From the IMG/VR virus record IMGVR_UViG_3300002835_000013: 64,000 nucleotides of DNA. One strand, 5' to 3'. A program made the position numbers and the translations under genes. Below the pieces are notes generated by a model. The model worked only from the letters and a program-made list of their open reading frames with translations. It did no database searches and was not told where the DNA came from. Shown in pieces: positions 1 through 6,887 of the stretch (position 1 is its first letter; each line of letters begins with the position of its first letter). Source of the DNA: a virus.

Positions 1-52
1 GACACTAAGTTGGGTTTGAATCAACTGCCTCTGCCAATTGGGCTACGAGGGC
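1..52 (-). tRNA. tRNA-Leu(CAA), 3' end outside window, short variable loop
   Basis: Reverse complement GCCCTCGTAGCCCAATTGGCAGAGGCA-GTTGA TT CAA AC CCAAC. Confidence 0.8.
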
Positions 53-234
53 ATAACACCTATCATCAACTCTGAATACTGATGATACTTTATCTTATGT
101 ATTGGATTATTGTTATAAGGATCAGTATCATACCAACGATGCTCACCAATAACAATACCTATACAATCATAACCGTTTTCTTTATCTTCTTTCTTCCACA
201 TCGGAAGATATGTGATTTTATAATATAACATCAT
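43..234 (-). CDS. hypothetical protein inside tRNA array
   Basis: AT-rich ORF filling the gap between two tRNAs; start probably at 234 or 231. Confidence 0.45.
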   Translation of the reverse strand: MMLYYKITYLPMWKKEDKENGYDCIGIVIGEHRWYDTDPYNNNPIHKIKYHQYSELMIGVMPS

Positions 235-309
235 GGTGCTTCCCCTTAGAATCAAACTAAGTCCTTCTGCTCTTCAGGCAGTCGTGCGGATCACCTACAC
301 CAGAGAAGC
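234..309 (-). tRNA. tRNA-Phe(GAA)
   Basis: Cloverleaf, CTGC CT GAA GA GCAG, encoded CCA, atypical T-loop TTTGATT. Confidence 0.85.
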
Positions 310-314
310 ATAAA

Positions 315-389
315 TGGTGCTTCGTATGGGTATCGATCCCATCTTTCCCGCTTGAGAGGCGAGTGTCCTAGCCAATAGACGAACGAAGC
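315..389 (-). tRNA. tRNA-Glu(CTC)
   Basis: CTCGC CT CTC AA GCGGG; CCA end. Confidence 0.9.
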
Positions 390-399
390 GTAAAACTTT

Positions 400-534
400 T
401 TTTGTGAGGAACGAGTATGCATCCTCTTTTCAGTATCCGGGTTCCCAAGGTTACGACAGCCTCGCACCGTCTCCCGACCTCGATGTGGCAATTCTGCTCA
501 TCCGGATTATTTGTATCGATACTGCCTCACAAAA
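400..534 (-). ncRNA. putative structured ncRNA (135 nt) between tRNAs
   Basis: Terminal 10-bp inverted repeat TTTTGTGAGG/CCTCACAAAA plus internal stems TCCGG/CCGGA and CGAGG/CCTTG. Confidence 0.55.
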
Positions 535-535
535 C

Positions 536-610
536 TGGTGGACCTGGACGGAATCGAACCGCCGACATTCTGCTTGCAAAGCAGACGTTCTCCCCCTGAA
601 CTACAGGCCC
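536..610 (-). tRNA. tRNA-Ala(TGC)
   Basis: Cloverleaf with G3:U70, TGC anticodon, CCA. Confidence 0.95.
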
Positions 611-615
611 GTGAA

Positions 616-691
616 TGGCGCACTTAACCGGTACTGACCCGGCCGATACTCGGTTGACAGCCGAGTGGGTTCACCTGCTCCCTCTAAGTGC
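616..691 (-). tRNA. tRNA-Asp(GTC), atypical D/T loops
   Basis: CTCGG CT GTC AA CCGAG; acceptor GCACTTA/TAAGTGC; G73; T-loop GTCAGTA. Confidence 0.8.
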
Positions 692-772
692 ATTAAATCT
701 ATGAAGGTTACAACCCAGTCATAACTCGTCGCAACGGTTTTCTTACAGGTCTACCTACAATCCCTCTACGTT

Positions 773-849
773 TGGTGCGCCTGGTAAGATTCGAACTTAC
801 AACATCTGGTTTCTAAGACCAGCGCCTCTACCAATTGGACTACAAGCGC
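773..849 (-). tRNA. tRNA-Leu(TAG), short variable loop
   Basis: CTGGT CT TAG AA ACCAG; 77 nt; CCA. Confidence 0.92.
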
Positions 850-919
850 ATTATAATAAGTTGTCTGGTGCGCTATTCTACCTTATTAAGCATAGACGAA
901 GCGTGACAACTCTGCTTTC

Positions 920-994
920 TGGTGCGGGTTGATGGAATCGAACCACCGACACTCGGTATGTAACACCGATGTTCTACCTCTGAACTAAACCCGC
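920..994 (-). tRNA. tRNA-Val(TAC)
   Basis: TCGGT GT TAC AT ACCGA; CCA. Confidence 0.92.
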
Positions 995-999
995 ATAAA

Positions 1000-1089
1000 T
1001 GGCGGAAGAGTGAGGTCTCGATCCCCAAACCATATTTCAGGCTCCTTTCGTTTTCGAAACGAAGGCCAGTCCCACTGGCTTACTCTTCC
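1000..1089 (-). tRNA. tRNA-Ser(CGA), probable 8/4 fold
   Basis: GGAAGAGT/ACTCTTCC acceptor, 5-bp D stem, long variable arm, 4-bp T stem, G73. Confidence 0.85.
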
Positions 1090-1096
1090 ATTAAAC

Positions 1097-1185
1097 TGGC
1101 GGAGTGGCAGGTATCCGACACCTATCCCCTTTCGGGGACCATCCGCTTTCCAAGCGGTGCAGACTCCTTGCCTGTTGCTCACTCC
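1097..1185 (-). tRNA. tRNA-Ser(GGA), probable 8/4 fold with bulge
   Basis: GGAGTG-A-GC/GCCACTCC acceptor, variable arm GTCCCC GAAA GGGGAT, T stem AGGT/ACCT, G73. Confidence 0.8.
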
Positions 1186-1189
1186 TAAT

Positions 1190-1280
1190 TGGCGGAGAGT
1201 ATAGGATTCGAACCTATGGAACCGGGTTAGGGCCCAACCATTTAGCAAACGGCCGCTTTCGACCACTCAGCCAACTCTCC
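1190..1280 (-). tRNA. tRNA-Ser(GCT)
   Basis: Canonical type II cloverleaf, GCT anticodon, CCA. Confidence 0.95.
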
Positions 1281-1571
1281 ATTATACATTAAAAACCAAA
1301 CTGCTTCTTTACAATAGCAACTGCCGCTTCAAATGCCTCTTCCAACTGATTGTCTGTAGGACCATCACCTAGAATTTTACGCATTTCCTCAATTGCCGCT
1401 GCCTTGGTTTCCTCTGAAATCTTGAACATTCTGATTATCTCCACTAATCTGACTATGGATATTTAAATCCGATAGAACGAACCCTATTACTATACTCAAT
1501 AAAAAGAACACTGTCAAGCGAAAAATCATTTGGCGCTTCAAATAGTTTTCATCCATATATATCTTCCTAAA

Positions 1572-1647
1572 TGGTCTAGGTGGCTGGACTTGAACCAACA
1601 GCCTTCCCGCCCCAAACGGGATGCTCTGCCAATTGAGCTACACCTAG
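1572..1647 (-). tRNA. tRNA-Pro(TGG)
   Basis: C1-G72, A73, TGG anticodon, CCA. Confidence 0.93.
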
Positions 1648-1654
1648 ATAAAAC

Positions 1655-1728
1655 TGGCACCGGAGCCAGGAGTCGAACCTGGGCTTGCAGTTTTGGAGAC
1701 TGCCGTGCTACCGTAACACTTCACCGAT
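1655..1728 (-). tRNA. tRNA-Trp(CCA)
   Basis: GCAGT CT CCA AA ACTGC; G73; CCA. Confidence 0.9.
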
Positions 1729-1730
1729 AT

Positions 1731-1805
1731 TGGATGCGGACCCATGAGTCGAACATGGCTCTCTTGCTTATGAGACAAGAATGGTCTCCGGACCACCTGA
1801 CCGCA
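1731..1805 (-). tRNA. tRNA with CAT anticodon (Met/fMet-like), U73
   Basis: CTTGT CTCATAA GCAAG; acceptor TGCGG/CCGCA; lacks the three anticodon-stem G-C pairs of initiators. Confidence 0.75.
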
Positions 1806-1887
1806 AAACTTGCTGTCCCTCACGTCTTGGAACGAATGTTGTCTAGCATTGCGACACTCCATAAAGGCTGTGTATCTAGATCAAACA

Positions 1888-1962
1888 TGGTGCTGATAGT
1901 TGGAATTAAACCAACCTATAACGCCTTATGAGAGCGCCTCGACATCTTGCCGACCTACCAGC
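1888..1962 (-). tRNA. tRNA with CAT anticodon (Met or lysidine-Ile), atypical loops
   Basis: GCGCT CTCATAA GGCGT; T-loop TTTAATT; CCA. Confidence 0.75.
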
Positions 1963-1968
1963 ATTAAA

Positions 1969-2049
1969 TGGCCTTCACGGCAGGAGTCGAACCTGCATTT
2001 TCATCCAGTTACCTTACTCTCGGTTCGTAGCCGAGGGGGATACGTGAAG
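1969..2049 (-). tRNA. tRNA-like RNA with ACG (Arg) anticodon arm and rearranged D arm
   Basis: Perfect acceptor CTTCACG/CGTGAAG-G-CCA, perfect T arm, anticodon hairpin directly after TATCCC. Confidence 0.7.
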
Positions 2050-2053
2050 ATAT

Positions 2054-2127
2054 TGGAGCGGGCGAAGGGAATCGAACCCTCGTCTTTAGTTTGGAAGACT
2101 ATGGCTCTACCATTGAGCTACACCCGC
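2054..2127 (-). tRNA. tRNA-Gly(TCC)
   Basis: Canonical, U73, CCA. Confidence 0.95.
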
Positions 2128-2130
2128 AAT

Positions 2131-2297
2131 TGGATGATCCGGTCAGACCATCAAAAAACTTAGTGGGAAGTTTGATCCTAGTGAAAGAGACTTCCCATCG
2201 ACCCAGTCTTTTCTTCACTGAAATGAAGAAAACTTAGTCTAACTCTCATTCATACTTATTTTGAGTCGTTATGAACTTAACCGCTTTCGCTCGACTA
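2131..2297 (-). ncRNA. putative structured ncRNA ending in TCCA
   Basis: Hairpins TTTTCTTCA/TGAAGAAAA and TGGGAAGT/ACTTCCCA; no convincing ORF. Confidence 0.4.
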
Positions 2298-2298
2298 T

Positions 2299-2374
2299 TG
2301 GAGGATCCGGTCGGGCTCGAACCGACAGCCTTGGGATTAAAAGTCCCTTGCACCACCTATTGTGCTACGGATCC
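2299..2374 (-). tRNA. tRNA-Lys(TTT)
   Basis: GGGA CT TTT AA TCCC; CCA. Confidence 0.92.
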
Positions 2375-2385
2375 AAAATAAAGTA

Positions 2386-2466
2386 GGAACATAACACTCT
2401 CCATACCTTCTCGGAGATCAACCCGATATCTTACTTCGCAGAGTCAGCGTCCTGTTGTTATGTTCC
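2386..2466 (-). ncRNA. putative structured ncRNA (about 81 nt)
   Basis: 11-bp closing stem GGAACATAACA/TGTTATGTTCC enclosing small hairpins. Confidence 0.5.
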
Positions 2467-2469
2467 AAA

Positions 2470-2545
2470 TGGTAGACCGAGAGGGATTCGAACCCACGAC
2501 AAAGGGATTAAGAGTCCCCTGCTCTACCAACTGAGCTATCGGTCC
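2470..2545 (-). tRNA. tRNA-Lys(CTT)
   Basis: Canonical cloverleaf, CCA. Confidence 0.95.
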
Positions 2546-2550
2546 ATAAT

Positions 2551-2625
2551 TGGTCACCCATAGGGGTTTCGATCCCCTTTTTCCTGCTTGAAAGGCAGGC
2601 GTCCTAGCCACTAGACGAATGGGCG
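2551..2625 (-). tRNA. tRNA-Glu(TTC)
   Basis: CCTGC CT TTC AA GCAGG; CCA. Confidence 0.92.
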
Positions 2626-2629
2626 GTAT

Positions 2630-2707
2630 TGGCTCGGCGAGTTGGACTCGAACCAACCTTCATCTCGGTTAACAGCCGAGTGCGATCACCAGGATTGCTA
2701 TCGCCGA
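2630..2707 (-). tRNA. tRNA-Asn(GTT)
   Basis: CTCGG CT GTT AA CCGAG; G73; CCA. Confidence 0.92.
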
Positions 2708-2710
2708 ATA

Positions 2711-2796
2711 TTACTCTATTGAGAGATGCACCCTAAGCGTATATGGTTCAAGGCCATATCTTTAGGCTTATAAGGATGCACCCATCAATAAAGTAA
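2711..2796 (-). ncRNA. putative long rod-like hairpin RNA
   Basis: TTACTTTATTGA/TCAATAGAGTAA, GGGTGCATCCT/AGGGTGCATCT, ATATGG/CCATAT. Confidence 0.5.
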
Positions 2797-2797
2797 T

Positions 2798-2874
2798 TGG
2801 AGGTGCCGATGGGACTCGAACCCACATAAAACGGTTTTGCAGACCGCCCCGTAACCAGTTCCGGGCACGGCACC
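2798..2874 (-). tRNA. tRNA-Cys(GCA)
   Basis: GCA anticodon, U73, CCA. Confidence 0.95.
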
Positions 2875-2912
2875 TCAGTTATAACCCTATTCACAATGTC
2901 AAACAGCGGTAG

Positions 2913-3098
2913 CTAGGCAATCTTATACTCCTTGAACTTACGCTGAATAGATACAGCGCCAGTTGCCTTCAAGCGAGCATAATCTCGGAATGCCGAGCCG
3001 TCTTTATTATGATACTCTTTGCGGTAGTTAATCCGACCGTTAGGATCGGATGCCTCTACCACCCAGTAGTAGTCACGCTTTACGGTTTCGTCTTTCAT
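2913..3098 (-). CDS. hypothetical early protein
   Basis: GAGG RBS; directly downstream of tandem sigma70-type promoters. Confidence 0.7.
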   Translation of the reverse strand: MKDETVKRDYYWVVEASDPNGRINYRKEYHNKDGSAFRDYARLKATGAVSIQRKFKEYKIA

Positions 3099-3127
3099 CC
3101 GTACCTCGTTTCTGTCATCGTTCGCAT

Positions 3128-3302
3128 ACTATATAGCACACAAAACGCATAGTCAAGAACTTTTTTCGAAAAAAAGTGCGTCAGGTTGTCGCACCGTGTC
3201 CTTGACTTCTACCCTCTCGTCTCACTGTTCGCATACCATACCACAAGGAATCGCTTGGGTCAAGAACTTTTTTCAAAAATCTGATGCGACAGTTTGACGC
3301 AC
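3128..3302 (-). promoter_or_regulatory. tandem early promoters, each with an upstream GCGRC-N5-GNCGC box
   Basis: CTTGAC at 3152-3157 and 3259-3264 with -10 elements TATAGT and TATGGT; boxes at 3176-3194 and 3284-3302. Confidence 0.75.
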
Positions 3303-3453
3303 CCTTAGTCTATTGATTTTGTAGAATGTTTACATACCACTCGACAAGACCTTCATCGTTTCGCAAATGATCTTGCCATTGCTTCTCGGACATCTGTCCA
3401 GACCTATAACACTGTAGAAGCAACTCAAACTTTTCCATCACATGCTCCAAAGT

Positions 3454-3544
3454 TGGTAGGGGTGCCAGGTAACGCTCCTGGTCGAGAACGGTAATCGGCC
3501 GCTAAAGGGTTTATAAGTCCCTCTTGTGTCTTACACCCACCCCC
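3454..3544 (-). tRNA. non-canonical tRNA-like RNA with TAT (Ile) anticodon
   Basis: Acceptor GGGGGTG/CACCCCT-A-CCA; tiny D arm; AGGG-A-CTTATAA-A-CCCT; long variable arm; T-loop AGCGTTA. Confidence 0.7.
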
Positions 3545-3550
3545 ATAAAA

Positions 3551-3627
3551 TGGCGGTCCCAGAAGGATTCGAACCTTCAACCTACCGCTTAGAAGGCGGT
3601 TGCTCTATCCTGTTGAGCTATGGAACC
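3551..3627 (-). tRNA. tRNA-Arg(TCT)
   Basis: Canonical cloverleaf, CCA. Confidence 0.95.
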
Positions 3628-3646
3628 AAATCTCTATTGTCTGAAT

Positions 3647-3676
3647 AGTATATAGCACACAAAACGGAAAGTCAAG
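3647..3676 (-). promoter_or_regulatory. early promoter heading the tRNA array
   Basis: CTTGAC...TGTGCTATATACT, near-identical to the promoter at 3128-3157; A-tract upstream. Confidence 0.7.
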
Positions 3677-3712
3677 AACTTTTTTTGATTTTTTTTTTCA
3701 CTTTTTTGGAAT

Positions 3713-3952
3713 CTATTCCGCAAACTCTGCCAAGAATGCCTCATTTATATCACCTTTGGAGACCTTTGTCAAGACAAATCTTGGAGTGAATCCAGCAAAG
3801 CCTCCGCCGTTCGACCAGAAGTTACTCCATTCCTTGGCATCGTCCTCAAAGAAAAACTCCGCAACAACCTGTGCGGTTGCCTTTTCAAAGACATACCAAA
3901 TCAGTTCTTCGTTTTCATTGAACTCATGGTAATATGTATAATGTCGGCTCAT
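3713..3952 (-). CDS. hypothetical protein
   Basis: ATGA overlap with gp41; GGGFAGFTP motif. Confidence 0.75.
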   Translation of the reverse strand: MSRHYTYYHEFNENEELIWYVFEKATAQVVAEFFFEDDAKEWSNFWSNGGGFAGFTPRFVLTKVSKGDINEAFLAEFAE

Positions 3953-5334
3953 ACCTTTAGTCCTCTAAACTTGCTGGTTTTGTCTGTCTTGCTTCTATCA
4001 AAAACTGGTCTCTCTGGTTCTTCCTGTCCAGAGTCCGCCAAGTCTTGTGCCGATGCTTCAACATCATATAGTTTCATTCTTGCTCTGTCAACCCCTATCA
4101 CAAATCTTTTGTTTATGCCTGGATCATTGTATCGGTTCTTTAGCTGCTTCACCATAATCTGATTTAGTTGTGACAGTTGTTCCGTTACGACAAGAGCAAA
4201 GAAGAAGTCGGCCGTAGCGGGAAGACCGAATGACTCGGAAGTATCTTCCATACCTGGATCAGAACTTGTGTATCCGCTTCTGGTCAACTGTGTGGCAGAC
4301 CAGATTGGAACATTGAACTCTACCGCTAGACCTCGAAGCTCTTCGGCAATCGCTTTAACGTAGGTATAACTATTAACACCATTACCAGGCTTGATACGGG
4401 ATGACGCACAAATATTGAGATAGTCGACCATGATAACATCTGGTACGAATCCTTTCTTGAGGTTTAGTTCGTTCAACAAGGAACGAAAGTGGATAGTTGA
4501 TGCCGTTGCCGTGGCATACTCTTTGATAATCAGTTTACCGTTTGTCTTTTGCTTTAGTGTATCAATTCTCTTATCATACAAATCTTTTGGTAATGCTTGT
4601 AAATCATCAAATGTAATGTTCATTAGATTGGCGTCGATACGCTTGGCAACTTCTTCTTCGGCCAACTCTAATGTGATATAAAGAACGTTCTTGCCCATAG
4701 CAAGATAACTAGCAGAAAAATGACAAAGAGTAAGAGATTTACCACCGCCGACACCACCCATAACAACATTGAGAGTTTTTCTCGGAACGCCATTCTTTGT
4801 AATCTTATTGAATAAATCCAAATCAAACCGCAAGCGTTCTTCCACACGGTGATAATGTTCATATCGTTCTACAGCATTTTCAAGATAATCGTGACCAACA
4901 TTCGGATCGAAAGATATAGCCAGAGCGTCAGACAACAAAGTAGGTATAGCGCCCTTAGATAGTTTTCCCTTCCCATTCATAATCTCCAGTGATTGTGTAA
5001 TGGCATTGTAGATTGCTTTCTCTTGACAAAACTTTTCGGTGTTGTCCAAAAGCCAATCTTCGTTTGTTTGATTTGTATCATCTTTGAGTTGTTTTAGTGT
5101 CTCTTGGATATTCTTTACAGTATCGTCAGTCGAACCACGAATATTGTCCACCTCAATGGACAATGCATCAAAAGTTGGTTGCTGATTATACTTGAGAATG
5201 AAGTCGGCCACTTCTTTGAAAAGTAGCCGATCTTCACCATTAGAGAAATAATCCTCTTTGAGGAAGGGTAGAACCTTCCTCGTAAAGGACTCATTCTTGA
5301 TTAGATTTTTCAGTATCGTTTGTTCGAGTCTCAA
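3949..5334 (-). CDS. gp41: DnaB-like replicative helicase
   Basis: Walker A GGVGGGKS, VDYLNIC, SATQLTR, TSESFGLPATAD, KQLKNRY. Confidence 0.97.
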   Translation of the reverse strand: MRLEQTILKNLIKNESFTRKVLPFLKEDYFSNGEDRLLFKEVADFILKYNQQPTFDALSIEVDNIRGSTDDTVKNIQETLKQLKDDTNQTNEDWLLDNTEKFCQEKAIYNAITQSLEIMNGKGKLSKGAIPTLLSDALAISFDPNVGHDYLENAVERYEHYHRVEERLRFDLDLFNKITKNGVPRKTLNVVMGGVGGGKSLTLCHFSASYLAMGKNVLYITLELAEEEVAKRIDANLMNITFDDLQALPKDLYDKRIDTLKQKTNGKLIIKEYATATASTIHFRSLLNELNLKKGFVPDVIMVDYLNICASSRIKPGNGVNSYTYVKAIAEELRGLAVEFNVPIWSATQLTRSGYTSSDPGMEDTSESFGLPATADFFFALVVTEQLSQLNQIMVKQLKNRYNDPGINKRFVIGVDRARMKLYDVEASAQDLADSGQEEPERPVFDRSKTDKTSKFRGLKV

Positions 5335-5635
5335 TGTTCATCCCATTCTCTGCTTCCGATGCATCCAATAACAGTGTATTGAGAATTAGACCTAATACAG
5401 TATTGAACTTCTCATTCTTTCGCAAGGTCATCATTGACAAATCGTTTGTCTTGATAATCTCATAATCATATTGGAGTTTCGGCGTGCCATCTTCTTCCAT
5501 CTTGAATTTGACAACTGTATAACGATAGCACACTCCAGCGAATGGGTCAAGCATTAATTCAATTGGGCATGTAGAACCTTCTTGTTTTTCGTCAAAAAGG
5601 TCATCTCTAAATCGAAAGTCAGTTCCCATTTCCAT
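5291..5635 (-). CDS. hypothetical protein, positional equivalent of T4 gp40
   Basis: Lies between uvsX and gp41 as gp40 does in T4. Confidence 0.55.
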   Translation of the reverse strand: MEMGTDFRFRDDLFDEKQEGSTCPIELMLDPFAGVCYRYTVVKFKMEEDGTPKLQYDYEIIKTNDLSMMTLRKNEKFNTVLGLILNTLLLDASEAENGMNIETRTNDTEKSNQE

Positions 5636-6677
5636 CTTCTGTCTCCACTTCTACATTATATTTGCCATACATGAAATCTGCCTGACAACCTTCATTGATA
5701 GCATCTAGTATTTCAGGTGTAAAGAACTTCTCTGGGTTCTTCTTGATCTGGCTTTCGAATGCCTTTGATCCATCAGGAAACTCATACTTGTTTGAAATCT
5801 TCTTGACGATGCCATAGCGTTCTGCCAAATCAAGCAGACCATAATACTTGTCTAGACCTGCCTGATAGTTTAGCCAAGTCTCAACTTTCTTATCTTCAAT
5901 AGTCATACGAGACTTCTTTAGATGTGCGGTAATAACTGCACCAGTTCTGCCATTGTCATCGTCTAGTGCCTTATCTTTCTTCTTTGATAGGAAGATAATT
6001 GTAGATGCGGCATACTCTAGACCAGAACCACCACCCATCTTCTTCATTGGCACATAAGATCCAACAACATCATAAACGTGATTGGTGACGATTAGTGGAA
6101 CCTTAGCCTTACCGAGTTTCAATGTAAGAACACGGAAGGCACCTCGAACCAATTGGGCTCTGGTCATGTCTCTTGTGTCTTTACCGTCAGCAATATCTGC
6201 CATTTCTTTATCTGTAGAAAGATTGCCAAGAGAATCCAGAACAAAAAGCATCGGTGGCTTTTCTTTGCCATCAAGATACTTGTCCAGAATCTTTACTGCC
6301 TGCGTTCTAAACTCCTGCACAGTAGCCACAGGAACAATGCCAACACGCCTTGCGTCAATGCCACGATCAACAATGAATTGTCTGGAGATAGCGGACTCGG
6401 ACTCAAAGTAAAATACAAAGCCATTTGCGTTGTCCTCTAGAAACTGCTTTACCACATTCAATGCGTAAAAGGTCTTACCAACAGAAGGCTCACCAGCAAA
6501 TGCTGTAACCTTGTTCTGTGGTAGACCTCCATAGATTGAACCAGATAGCAAGGCATTCATAGCATAGCTGCCTGTGCCAATGAATCCTGACACATCACCA
6601 GCGGCAACACCATCATCAACAATGCCTGCATACTCGTTATCGATTTCTGATAATAGATTACTAAAAATATCTGACAT
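5619..6677 (-). CDS. uvsX: RecA-like recombinase
   Basis: GEPSVGKT, LDSLGNL, DMTRAQ, MGGGSGLEYAAS. Confidence 0.97.
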   Translation of the reverse strand: MSDIFSNLLSEIDNEYAGIVDDGVAAGDVSGFIGTGSYAMNALLSGSIYGGLPQNKVTAFAGEPSVGKTFYALNVVKQFLEDNANGFVFYFESESAISRQFIVDRGIDARRVGIVPVATVQEFRTQAVKILDKYLDGKEKPPMLFVLDSLGNLSTDKEMADIADGKDTRDMTRAQLVRGAFRVLTLKLGKAKVPLIVTNHVYDVVGSYVPMKKMGGGSGLEYAASTIIFLSKKKDKALDDDNGRTGAVITAHLKKSRMTIEDKKVETWLNYQAGLDKYYGLLDLAERYGIVKKISNKYEFPDGSKAFESQIKKNPEKFFTPEILDAINEGCQADFMYGKYNVEVETEDGNGN

Positions 6678-6887
6678 ATAGAATCTCCTTTTTGTCAGTT
6701 AGTAGGCAACAATCTCGTTACGCTACTTCTTTGAAATAGTTTTGTAACTCCTCACTCATTTCCTTTAGAACATGACCACCTACGCCAATACGGATGACAT
6801 TACAAAGTTCCACCATATTTTCGGATGTGATCTTTTCGTCAGGCTTGAACTCATAAAGTTTACCCGGCGAATACCTATTGTCTTCTG

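Noticed and set aside
1000-1185. Selenocysteine tRNA
   Set aside because: Anticodons are CGA and GGA, not TCA, and the T stem is 4 bp.
1806-1887. Possible ribozyme (theta/HDV-like, hammerhead) in tRNA spacers, also 692-772
   Set aside because: Only weak wobble-rich pairing and no catalytic core I could recognise; needs an Infernal scan.
291-2656. ORF-track ORFs overlapping the tRNA array
   Set aside because: They run through tRNA or structured RNA genes and lack RBS or protein-like composition.
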